From Podospora anserina (lineage: Eukaryota): a DNA stretch of 64,000 nt. Numbering within the stretch: the first letter of the stretch is position 1; each line of letters opens with the position of its first letter. The stretch covers positions 992,001 through 1,056,000 of the forward strand of contig CM030337.1 in assembly GCA_017654855.1 (NCBI GenBank). Reading direction: 5' to 3'. Shown here in pieces: positions 37,252 through 48,475 of the stretch. The translations under genes were made by a program, and so were the position numbers. The notes beneath the pieces are model-generated. The model was given only the letters and a program-made list of their open reading frames with translations, was not told the DNA's origin and ran no database searches.

Positions 37252-39649
37252 TTAAGCAAATCCAAATAGTTAATAGACAGTCTTTTCAGTCTCTTTTTAG
37301 CTGCTCTAAGTAACTTATCTACCACTTATAATTTTGGACCTGAAATCATCAGAGGCGATCTTGGCGAGTGTCTAATAAGCTTCAAGCATGCGTCTGTCCA
37401 ACAATAGAGGAGGATTCACCTAGAAGCCTGATAAGCTCGTTTTGATATTCTCTAGTATAGCAGACCCGAAACCAAATTTCTCTGAGCTGAAAGTGTGGAT
37501 CTGGTTCAGCTAATATCAGAAACAACACGATGTGCGTCTCGAGCCCAGATAATCCCAGACACCATTTTCTCGATTAAAGTAACTGGAGGAACATACAACC
37601 AGCTTGGTGGATGTTTGAATGGGATTTCCTTCAACACACGGTAATAGTCTGGTCGAAATCGAAGTTTTGTGGCTGATTTGTTTGATTTTTATCTTGAGCA
37701 AGACGAGGCTGTCGTTTGTGGCCTCGGAGGCGCACTAACAAAGCCATCGTGACTAACTCGGGTTTGAAGCTCCGAGACAAGCAAGACTTAGCAAGATATC
37801 AGTAATTCTAGTGTCACGAGATTCTTCCTAATCTTAGTGTTTTTTGCTTGATGTGTCATTCCCGGCAAAAGTCTTCCATGACGGGCAGACGAACTGTCAA
37901 GCTCATTGTCGGCAGGATGGTTTCCACCACCACTGTCAACCATGCCCTTACCCACTGGCTCCATCAATCTATTGTCAAACCAGCAAGTCGGTAAACATTC
38001 TTTGTTCTAAGTTGTCTGCCCCTTGACCCGTGTTGCACGCGTCATTCAGGGGTTTAGTCTACATGCTGTCGCCCTGGTATAATGTCTCCAGTCTTTCATG
38101 CCTATCGGTCTCGAATCCCAGGACCCGATTACTGCTGGGCTTGGCCATTCTGAAAACGAGTAGCTGCCTTCAGTCGGTTGTTTTCGCAAATATCTTGCAG
38201 TCCGTTCCTCGAGGTTGAGCATCGGCAGGTGGCCAAGCGGATTCCGACCCTAGAGCCTACCACAACCCACACCCAACCCTGAACCTCCCTCAACTAGCCT
38301 GCTTTGTGTCATGAGATCTGATCCTGCGACATATTAACAATTTTGTCTGACACTTTTGGCGACTTTTCTCATCTTTTATACATTCTCTGCTCTTGCTGCC
38401 AATGACTGACGGCAGGCGCTAGCAAGCCACCTTAACACCAGCCTTGGACCGCCACAAAGAGAGTCTGAGACAACAGCTGCAGCCTTTTCATCCCAGTTTT
38501 GAGGCCACAAGATGATATTCAGACTCAACGAGCATTGATTCCTCCTTTTCGCATCTTTTCAAACAGTGCAACCGAGTCCTTTTTGCAGGTTCATCAAGGA
38601 GTCAAGACAAAGCTTCCGGGATCTTTTTCACAGGCACCCCGCCTGGTCCGACAGCCCCATCCTCCCACAGCCCTACCTTCACAGCCAGTCACCCCTTGGT
38701 TGTTTGTGATTTTGGTCATATTCAACCAAGCTGGCGTCAAATCGGCTGTCTCGAAGAGCGTGACCAGGGCTGTTAACAGGGTACATGCACCTCGGGTGAA
38801 ACTCCCCCCACAGACAAGTACCCTGCTACCGCGACACGCCGCTAACCATTTCAGTGAGCGAAGCACGGTGTTCGGCCCCACGACTCGCGACAGTTTTTGA
38901 GTGGCACAATCGCGAAGTTGTAGAATCTCTCTTCTGCCTCGTTGTCTGTCCATTCGCTTATCAGGTACGCGTTCTCCTTCTCCCTGTCTCACTCCTCGTG
39001 CCCTTGGCCCTGTTTTTGATGCGTATTTGATTTGTACAGGAGTTCCTGTCCAAGTGAAGATGGTTCTGCGCCAGTGCAGCGCCAGGCGGTGCCCTTCTGG
39101 ATTTTCTCAGAACACTGACAGCCATCACCATCATTTTCTTGGTGTTTCAACCACGGCATCCCATTTCCCCCCCCTTTTTGTCATATCTAAGGCAAGCGCC
39201 ACGGACCAAACCAGACACATGTGTACACACTGTTGACGGCATTTCCCCACATTTTTCTATGGTCAGCCTGCTGCCGCTCCCACACGCAGCCTGGGGCAGA
39301 ACCTCATTTTGGCAATTCAATCTATTCAATTTTTTTTTTCAATTGTCGCCGTCGATGCCGAGTATCATATTCATTTGTAATTTTCATCTGCGTCATCCTT
39401 CCACCTTTTAGTCCCCGCCTCTGGTATGCTAGCTATCCAGAGCTACCAAAACACCCGCTCAGCCTGGGAAGCAACGATAGGTACTGCAGCCTTCTCTGAA
39501 CTCGGTATCCATCAGTTGTCATCAACCGCTACATTGATTCTCACCTGGACAGGCACCAATCTTTATCATTTTCATCAAAGGCGCTTTCATCTGACGACCT
39601 TTCAATTCATTTTCCGCCCCCATTCAGCCACTAATGCTATATAATAGCG

Positions 39650-42154
39650 ATGACGACTGCAAAACCTCGCGCCCGTGGCCTTCCGTACCTGCATCGGAAT
39701 TGGAAAAGGGCATACGACGGCCTGACGTCCCAGATGGGCAACAAGACATCTTCAGAGTCTCGTGACTCTGTTGATCAGATCACCGACCAGCTTGACACCA
39801 CTCAACGCGCCGCCAAACGTCGCCGCCTCGAAAATGATCAAGATGTCTTTCCTCTCTACGAAGACTGGAGCAACTCCAAACGTGGTCTTCGCATCGAGGT
39901 TCTCAAAGTCAGTCACAAGGATGCTCCCCGGGTCAAAAATGGCATCATGAACGGACTGGTCCCGCCGAACATCAAAGATGTCTCGCAAATCAAGGCTCGA
40001 TGTCAACTCACCATCATGGGATACAAAGGCGACCACCCCGTCGTCCTCCACGTCGACAGCCAGGTTTGTGACATCAAAGTCTTCAAGAACCCCGCTGGTC
40101 AGTCCCCCATGGCGCGTTTTTACTCCATCCGACCATTCCACATTCCAGAAGCCAAAATTTCCCTCGAACGCGACGACGACGCTGTGTTTGGTCTGGCCAA
40201 CACGTACTCTGTGCATATTGAGCTTCAGTCTGCTGGTGATCCCAACTGGCCACCACGTGACCTCGTCACCGTCAGCGATGAGGATCTTTTGTACAGTAAC
40301 AACAGCGGCGGGCTGCCACCACGACAATGGGTCATGAGCGCCAGTATTGCGGACATTTTTAACAAAAATCACCGTAAGACGATGCGGCTTAGAGTCAAAA
40401 AGCATGTCAGCCAAGATATCGCCACAAACTTTCTTATGGATGTGGATGTGCGGTGGTTGACGGCCATCTCCACCCAGAAGACTATGCGGGAGCACACTAA
40501 GGATGTTCTTCCTTGCATCACGGCGTTTGATCCTGATGGACACAACAAGGTGGTTGCGAATGGGAATGTCAATGGGGGTGCTGTCATCAATGGGGTCAAC
40601 GGTGCCAATGAGGTGAATGGTGTCGGTGGTGTCAGTGGGCAGGTCAACGGGGGGTCGCTCCCAGACACTCCCGACGAGCTCATGCCTGAGGGTGATACGA
40701 CACCCAACAGGTCGAGACGCACAAAACAGAATGTCAACTACAATGTTAGGCAGATGTGGAATACGGCTGTTGGGAAGGAACCCAAGAAGCGGAGGAAGTT
40801 TGGCGACGCGGTGGAAAATGGGGCGAATCAGCAAGTTGACGAGCACGTCATCACCTACCTCCTGCCCCCAGAACAGGTGCAGATGGTGAAGTTCATCTGC
40901 ATCGTCTGCGCCGCTGAGAACGACAATTTGACCCAGCTCCGGCTACACTACCAGAGCCACCCGCAGTACCTGTTCAGCTTTGAAATTCGGCCCAAGCTGG
41001 GCTGCTGCGTCACTGTCAAGCCCAACAGCGAGAACCCGGGCAGTCCGCTCAGACCTAAGGTGTACCAGCTTGGTCTACCGGTGGAACCGCTGGATGTGGA
41101 AAAATATGTGAATGGGGACGAGAGCTGGCTTGAGCATAGGCTGGGTCCGGACAACGATAGGGATGTTGTGAATAATGGGAAGCCGGCGAAGCCACAGCCA
41201 GTAAGTTAGTAGAGTGACACAGCAGTACATTCTTTCGCCTCGCACCCCCATCATCGCCAATTTCGTTATCGGCATCATCCCTCTTACCAACATCGTCACC
41301 GTCATCAACCAACACAACCGATTTTCAGTTACCTTCATGTCATTCCACCATACTTTTTTTTATTTTTTTATTTTTTATTTTTTTTATTTTTATTTTTTGC
41401 ATTCAGTACACCACGGACAGAGCAAGTCGCTAATTTCAGCAGAAACCGGCCCCCAAAAAACCCACCAGACCAGTCGTCCTTGTTCCCAAGACGAAGCAGC
41501 CACTCTTTGACCCATACAGTAAAGTTGCCCTCGAACCCGGCACCCCAGTCCCTCAGTACCCGATAGACGACTCCTGGCTCTTGCTTAAGCACCGCGAGGC
41601 CCTGCAGGATTTCATCGATCTCAACCACGAAGAAAAAGAGTACATGCAAGAATGGGACGCCTTTATTCTCCGGAAGCATCTTTCGTCACAGCAGTACCTG
41701 CCCAAGGCGTTTTTGCAATTTGTGAAGGACAAGGCGGGGTGGCTGGTGGAGAAGCAGGCGAGGGCGGAAGAGTTTAGTAAACATGTTAGCACGCTGTTGG
41801 CGAGGAGGGTGTTGGGGGAGAATGAGGTGATTGAGTCGACGGCGTTGCTGAATGAGGCGAGGGAAAGGAAGAGCAAAGCGGTGAATGGAGAGGTTAGTGG
41901 TGGGGGTGGTGAGGAGGGGGGGAAGGGGAAGAGGACTGGGGGGTGTTGCGTGGGATGTGGGGAGCCAGTGCCGGTCAGTGAGATGGTTGTTTGTGGGAAC
42001 AAGGTATGTTTTCTTGCCATCTTCTCGACAGACAGGTGACTAATTGTGGGAACAGGAATGCACAAACCGGCTGTGGCACGATCGCTGTGTAGACGATAAG
42101 AAGACAGCGAAGAAACTGGGCAGGAAATGGAAGTGCAAGGGCTGCAGGGTTTAG
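39650..42154 (+). CDS. SUZ12: Polycomb repressive complex 2 subunit Suz12 (zinc finger, VEFS box, C-terminal PHD-type finger)
   Basis: N-terminal LPYLHRNW, C2H2-like CIVC...LRLHYQSH and VEFS-like DDSWLLLKHREALQDFIDLNHEEKEYMQEWDAFI. Introns 41201-41439 (or 41442) and 42004-42055. Stop TAG at 42152-42154. Confidence 0.85.
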
Positions 42155-43634
42155 TTGTCCACGCTATCTGTCATCCTCGTCAAGACTTTATGAGGGTGTT
42201 TTACTTCTCTCTGCTCCAACCCAGCGGCCGATATAGAAAAGAAGGAGGGAACTAATTGGGAAAGGGCACGTTTGACTAGGGATTGATTTTATGGGGAAAG
42301 AGAAGGGAAGAAGGGTTACTTGCGTTGCATTTGCATATGGGGGGGGGGAGGAGGCATTATATACCGTTGCTTCAGGGTACTCTGTGTTGCTAGCCTTTGC
42401 TTTTTAACCTGGATGGATAGATAGGGGGAGGCACCTGGGGGGAGGGAAAAGGAAGGGGGGAGATAAGGGGGAAATGGGATGGGGGATATGTTGTAACTTG
42501 TGTAATAAATTAAGAACTGAGCTTGCTGATGGGGTGTCTGGGAATATCGGTATAGCGTTGGGACTGGCAAGATTTAATTTAAACATGGGAGTGGAGAGAG
42601 ATGTTTACTATACTGTATGACATGATTGATATGGCCTTGGCTGATGACATGCTTGAAACTGGATGGAAGTCGTGTGGCAGGTGCCATGGAGAGGATGTGG
42701 GCTACATTTTGGGCACATGAAATGTTCAAACTGGTCATTGCATCACTGCGCTCCTCCTTGGACACTGATCACCGACCGGCCATGCTTTGATTGAGAGTCA
42801 ACCATGGAGCTAAGATTGATATCACGAGTAAACATTTTCTGTGGTGCTGATCGATTCAGCGGTGTTGCTAGGTAGGCACAGAACAATACACACACACAAA
42901 CCTTGCATTGCCATTCCGGGTACTGTGTCCCTCCCTATTTGTTGACCAACAGAAGAAGTTGGTCTACATTACTATAACCATTACCTGGATCATATTTGCC
43001 TTGTAATGAACACCCTTTAGTACAGCCAAGCAGCAACAACATATTTCACACGCATACCTACCTACGATCCTTAAGGCCACATCCGACAGGGCGGGCACAC
43101 GTAAAGAATCACTACCCCAACAGCCCAGGTTCATTAACACTGTCCTTGATTCCATTTACACAAGCTACTTAAACAGTATAATACTCCCACACAAACCCCT
43201 CCCCAACTCCCAAAATCTAAAGTATATACGTCCTGTTGTCCCTTATACCCTTCCTTTCCTGCATTATCTGTAGTGTTGTTTCCTCCTGTAGGTATCAGGG
43301 CAAATTCCCAGGTATTAGACCACCCCACCCCTCCCGCCTCCATTGTGACCACATGTGTGTAAGATATAAAGTAGCAAAAAAGCCAACACCAGTAGACGCC
43401 CCCCACCCCGCCCGGTCAAATTCCGAGTTTGAGAAACCCCCAACGCCAGTGTACAGTGCAAGAACTCCAGTGAAGACAGGAAAGAAACACAAAGACAGAA
43501 ACGAAAGAGAAAAAGAAAACCGTGAATCTACAGCCGTCCCGTCCTGACTGTACCGTAACCCACCCCTTTCACACACAGGTTTAACTCCCGGTGCCAACTC
43601 GAGCCAGCTCAATACTTGAAAAAAAAAAAAACCA

Positions 43635-46046
43635 TCACCAAGCATACCCCTCATCCTCCCCCTCCCCCCCATCCCCCCCATCCCAATCCTCATCACTATC
43701 ATCATCCCCCTCCCCGCTCCCCCCCTCGTCCACATCCACAAAGTCATTCATGCTGTACGGCATCGCCACCGGCTTCCCATTGTCCAGCACAACCTCCACC
43801 CTGTTGCACATTCCCTGCCTGTAGTACAACTCCTCCTCCTTCTCCTCCTCCTTTTCCTCATCATCAAGCTCCATATCATCATCATCATCTTCTCCCATAA
43901 TATCCTCCCCATCCGTCTCCGGCTCCGCATACGAAAACCCAAACCCCTTCTTCTCCGCCACCCTACCACCCCTCAAATCCCGACCAACACTACTAGCCCG
44001 GCTGGAGGGGTTGGAATACTGCTCCCTGATCCTGCTGCTTCTCCTCGACGGGCTATCCACGCCCCGTTTCTTGGTTTTCTTGGCCACAGACAGAGGGGGT
44101 TCAACCACCTCCCCACCAACAGCAGCAGCAGGAGCAGCTCTCAACGAAGTAATCCCCGTATCCTCATCAAAATCATCCCTCAAAAACACCTTCCTGAGCG
44201 TATTACTCCACCTGTCCCTAAAATCCGACCTCTGCTGATACGGCACATCAAGCATAACCTTCAAGTCAATCTCCCTCAACCTAGACAGCCCCCCCGCGCA
44301 ATCAACAAGCGACCGAAAAAAAACCTCGGCCGCCTCCGCAGTCCAATGCTTGAAATCCTTCAGCTCGATCCCAACCAACGTCTCCGGCCAAACAGGCGCA
44401 CTCTCAAACCTCTCCAGCACCCCACACGTCGCATCAACATTCCGATACCCCAGCTCAATCTGCGCCCCAATCTTGTAGTCCATCACCACCCACTTCAACC
44501 TCGGACACGCCTTCCCCAAAATCGTAAGCCACGAAAGCGACAGCGCGCGGTTATGCCTCAGCGTCAAGCTCTCCAGTCTATTGCCGTGCGTGAGCAAAAA
44601 ACTGGCGAGATCCTCGTCGGTAACCTCGCAGCAGTTGGTCAGATCGAGACCTCTAAGGTTCCTGGGCAGCATCGGAAGGATCCTATCGTCGACTGCATTC
44701 GAGTACTCAAACCCGACATGCTCCAGTTGCGACAAGGCATTGATCGCGTCGGCCATGTTTTTCACAAAAACGTTATCCCTCTCCAAAACCTCCGCCTCAT
44801 CATCCCTCGACGTGGCCTCAAGAGAAGGAAGCTGGTAATTGAACAAGGTCACCTTCTTCACACTGGACAACTCCCTCTCATGAATCTTCTTGATCTCCCC
44901 CCAGTCAAACGCGTGCTCCGTGAACCGGCGATTCCATCGCCACTCCACCAGCCTCGCACCCGACGCCTCCAATCCTTGGAACAGTTGCCTGGGATACCGC
45001 CAGCGGAGGTTGCTCCCCATATCCCTCATCACCGGGTCGTCCTTCCAATGATACAGCTCCAGCGCCTTGAGCTCGGGGAGGTGACGCAGCAGCTGTGTGA
45101 AGTCGAGCGGCTCACCCCTGTGAAGCTTGGAAGCAATCTCATTAACATCGATAGAAAGTCTCCTGATCTTGGTCCGGTAGGCAAATAACGTCGTGCTCGG
45201 GTCTTTAGCAAGGAGCGACACAAGGCCGTGTGCCATGCCCCTGCTGGCCAGTGGAGGGCGACGATATAAAGCAGTGATGGCTGGCTCTTCCAAAGCTCGA
45301 CAGATTGTGCTTGCAGCAAGAAGCCATTTCGCTCTGTGCGAGTCTTCAAGGGACGAGGAGGCATCTTGAAAGACCTGCTCCCAAAAGAACCAGGGCAGAC
45401 TGACCCAGTTGGGAATGAACACTTCCTGAGGTCTGGATTCAGCGACAGCCTCTGGCGTAGTAGTCGCTGTCTTGGGCGGCTTGAGCACCAATTGCCCAGC
45501 TCGCAGCGTCTGTCTAGTAGGCGTCGTCTGCTTCCTCCTCTTCACAGACCTAGCACTACTCCGTCTCGGACTGCCGGTGCGCTCGGCACCAACACCCAGC
45601 GTCGTCGTAAAGCTCCCATGATCACCCTCCTCAGGGTCACCCTCACTCTCATCATTGTAAAACCCCGACCTGTGTCTCGTGCGTTTTAAGCGACGACGAG
45701 CGGTACCAGCCGACAAAGCACCCGGTGACACGGCTCTTTTGCCGTGCGACCCGACAGGCGTCCGAAATGGAAGCGATGTGGTGATTAGCTGCTGCTGCTG
45801 CTGCGGTGATTGTATCACACGATGGCCGTTGGTGGAGGTGGTAGAGCTGAAAGACGAGGCTGAGCTCCTGGTGACCCGGCTGCTGAGCGAAACGTGGGGA
45901 TCATTGGCCTCTCCTCCTGACGACGCACCCCCCTGGACGCCGGCATCTTGGCGCGGAGTACGAGGCCGCAAGCTCCGGCGCAGCACCGGCGACGTAGCGG
46001 ATCCAGGTGTCTGAGACACCATCACACCACCGTTGCGAGTCTTCAT
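43635..46046 (-). CDS. Uncharacterised F-box-like / RNI-type leucine-rich-repeat protein (803 aa)
   Basis: Basic disordered N-terminus, F-box-like WVSLPWFFWEQVF, LRRs (LPELKALEL, LRGLDLTNCCEVTDEDL, LESLTLRHN, CPRLKWV) and an acidic tail. Confidence 0.75.
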   Translation of the reverse strand: MKTRNGGVMVSQTPGSATSPVLRRSLRPRTPRQDAGVQGGASSGGEANDPHVSLSSRVTRSSASSFSSTTSTNGHRVIQSPQQQQQLITTSLPFRTPVGSHGKRAVSPGALSAGTARRRLKRTRHRSGFYNDESEGDPEEGDHGSFTTTLGVGAERTGSPRRSSARSVKRRKQTTPTRQTLRAGQLVLKPPKTATTTPEAVAESRPQEVFIPNWVSLPWFFWEQVFQDASSSLEDSHRAKWLLAASTICRALEEPAITALYRRPPLASRGMAHGLVSLLAKDPSTTLFAYRTKIRRLSIDVNEIASKLHRGEPLDFTQLLRHLPELKALELYHWKDDPVMRDMGSNLRWRYPRQLFQGLEASGARLVEWRWNRRFTEHAFDWGEIKKIHERELSSVKKVTLFNYQLPSLEATSRDDEAEVLERDNVFVKNMADAINALSQLEHVGFEYSNAVDDRILPMLPRNLRGLDLTNCCEVTDEDLASFLLTHGNRLESLTLRHNRALSLSWLTILGKACPRLKWVVMDYKIGAQIELGYRNVDATCGVLERFESAPVWPETLVGIELKDFKHWTAEAAEVFFRSLVDCAGGLSRLREIDLKVMLDVPYQQRSDFRDRWSNTLRKVFLRDDFDEDTGITSLRAAPAAAVGGEVVEPPLSVAKKTKKRGVDSPSRRSSRIREQYSNPSSRASSVGRDLRGGRVAEKKGFGFSYAEPETDGEDIMGEDDDDDMELDDEEKEEEKEEELYYRQGMCNRVEVVLDNGKPVAMPYSMNDFVDVDEGGSGEGDDDSDEDWDGGDGGEGEDEGYAW

Positions 46047-46333
46047 GGCGAGTTTGTGTGGGCGACCATCTAGTGAGAAGCAACAGGTTGGAACGACAGG
46101 TTTTTTTTATCGAGTGCAAGTGCAAATTAAACGCGGCTCGAGGCAAGAAGATGCAAGTCGCAGTTCGATGGTTGAAAGAAAGAGATCCGGAAGCGGGACG
46201 GCCTGTGAGCTGTGAATGGTTCACTCGCTCATCTGTCAAACCTTGGCCGATAGTGGGGCACAAGCTTTGGTGCAAGTGCCCCTCCAGAACAGCCGTCGGG
46301 TTAGGGTTAACAGAGGCCATTACAGTTATCAAC

Positions 46334-46352
46334 ATATATATATATATATATA
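46334..46352. repeat. (AT)n microsatellite in the UFD1 3' region
   Basis: ATATATATATATATATAT run. Confidence 0.8.
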
Positions 46353-46605
46353 TCAGAAAACAAGAGGTGTGCTGCATTAGATAGATAGTATTTCTCAGTT
46401 CATGTGCTAGAAGGGATTTAAGCACTCTGGGCATAGCAAATCATAAAAGCAAAACCCAGTCCCAGAATCCATGACTGCAATCTGCTGATTGCTGCCGACT
46501 TCTCTATCCACTATAGCAGTTTGCCTCCTGTCCCTTTGCCTTTCCCAAAAACCCCAAACGCCAAACAATGCATTGGTCAAAGTGAATTTTCATGCCATCA
46601 GCCAT

Positions 46606-47897
46606 TTAGCGGGGTTCCTTGCCATCCAACCGCCTCCCCTTGCTTTCCTCTGGCTTCTTTTCAACCGGAGGCTTCTCCTCGTCCTCTGGATTCTTGACCA
46701 CTCCGCGCAACGTCTGTCCTCGGCCAGCAAAGTGAGGCTGCTTGGCGTTCGCCGCCTCTCTCTCCTTGTCCGCAGCCGTCTTGACAGGCTTGATCTCATA
46801 CCCCAGGAACAGTTTATTTGGCGGCAAACGCAACGGCGCCGGACCGTTATTCCTTCTCTTGGGCAGCGCCGCAGCAGGTAGCGCAACATTCCCGATGTTA
46901 ACTGACGCGCCAGCAACTGGAGTCGCCGGCTTTGGTGTTGACGCCTTACTTCCCTTCTTGCTCAGCCGGTTACCCTCCCCAGCAAAGTTCCCGATCATGA
47001 CGTTAACTGCGCTGGGAGCAATGGCACCGTAGTTGATGGCTTGCGCCATGGTCCCCTGGTTGTGCATCAGACCTCCGGGAGCCACTCCACCTGGGCCCAT
47101 GGCACTGCGCGGAGTGCTGGTGCCGCTCCCACGAGGCTGTCTCTCAGGCTCGACATAACCCACTGGTGGGGCAAAATCAACACTAACATCGGTCTCTATC
47201 ATGCAGACGCCCATCTTGTCCGTCTCGGGCTTGACCTCCAGCACAGCCATCTCGTAAATCTCGTCGTTGTATTCAAAGTTGAAAACATCACCCTTGGTCA
47301 GAGTGGCAAAGTTGCGAAAGGCCTTTTCGAGAACGGCGCGTGGATCGCTGATGTCGAGGAAGTTGACTGACTGGGGTTGCAGCTTGACCAGCTTGGCAAG
47401 CTCGAGAGAGGTCGTCTTGATCTGGATCATGTCGCCGACGTCGAGTTTGAGTGTTTGCATCATCTACCACTGGTTAGCACGGCACTTATACTCCTTCACA
47501 AGTGACTTGTAGCACACATACCCATTGAGGAACATAAGCCCTGCCCTCCTCGGCCACGAACTCTAGCACGCCAGCATGCGTGTGCTTGCCCTCGGCCCCG
47601 TTGATCAACTCCAGCATGATCGGCCACTGGACGTGTAACCTAGATACCTTGTCGAGAGCCGAAGGAGGGAGGAAGATCTTGGAGCCGTAGTTGAGCTCGG
47701 GGCGTTCGGCGCCGGGGGCCATGACCAAGGGGTAGCAGCGATAGTATTCATCGAAGCGCTGTACGCGAGGGGCTCTACCCCCGCCTCCGTAGCCAAACTG
47801 TTTGTAATCAGACATCAGCAACGTGCTTTCGAGGTTGTGCTGCCGGCGGGGTGGTGATATCTCGGCGCTGCCAAGGGTGCAAGGATGAGCTTACCAT
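46606..47897 (-). CDS. UFD1: Ubiquitin fusion degradation protein Ufd1 (Cdc48 cofactor)
   Basis: FDEYYRCYP, YGSKIFLPPSAL, THAGVLEFVAEEG, FLDISDPRAVLE, DFAPPVGY and SHP-like FAGEGNRL / FAGRGQTL. Exon 1 codes only the ATG (47895-47897). Introns 47798-47894 and 47464-47521. Confidence 0.95.
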
Positions 47898-48475
47898 TTT
47901 GCTTGATGGACCGAGATTTAAAGCTGCCTGTAAAACCGCGTAGCTTTGGTTGCGTTGCTGGGGGGAGGTAAGAAAGCTGCTGTATCTTCCAATGCGGCGT
48001 TGTGGTAGCAAAAGAAGAAAGTGAATGGCAGCTGGTCGTTGAGGTTCCGAAGGCAGCCAGTGGATGACATACATACCTACTGTCCGTCACAGTCGCGGCC
48101 CAAGCTCAATCAATGCGCACTGTGGGGTTCCGCGGGGTGTTGTGGCTGCTGTGGCGCGACCTTCAACAGCTTTATGTATTCAGAAATTGTCTGAAGATTA
48201 CTCGATGCTCTACTGAGCGTATATATACTATTATCAAGTGAATCTTGAGAGAGCTAAGCTGGCAACCACAAGGTGCTCCCTGGCGCTGCATGTGAAACCT
48301 TTAGATTCACCATCACGACCGAGCCTCCTGACGTCATTCCTCCCCCAACCCCAACCCTTATCGCTTACCTTTCATCTCGATAATCGCAACATATCGCGTC
48401 CTCAACTTCCCATTTCACCCTCACCACCACCATCACCATCACCACCACCACCACCACCCGCATCACAACCACGCC

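Noticed and set aside
39752..40846. 364-aa minus-strand ORF
   Set aside because: Antisense shadow of SUZ12 exon 1.
48004..48012. GGTAGCAAA, near-PACE (Rpn4) site upstream of UFD1
   Set aside because: One mismatch, single copy, and the yeast consensus may not apply in this lineage.
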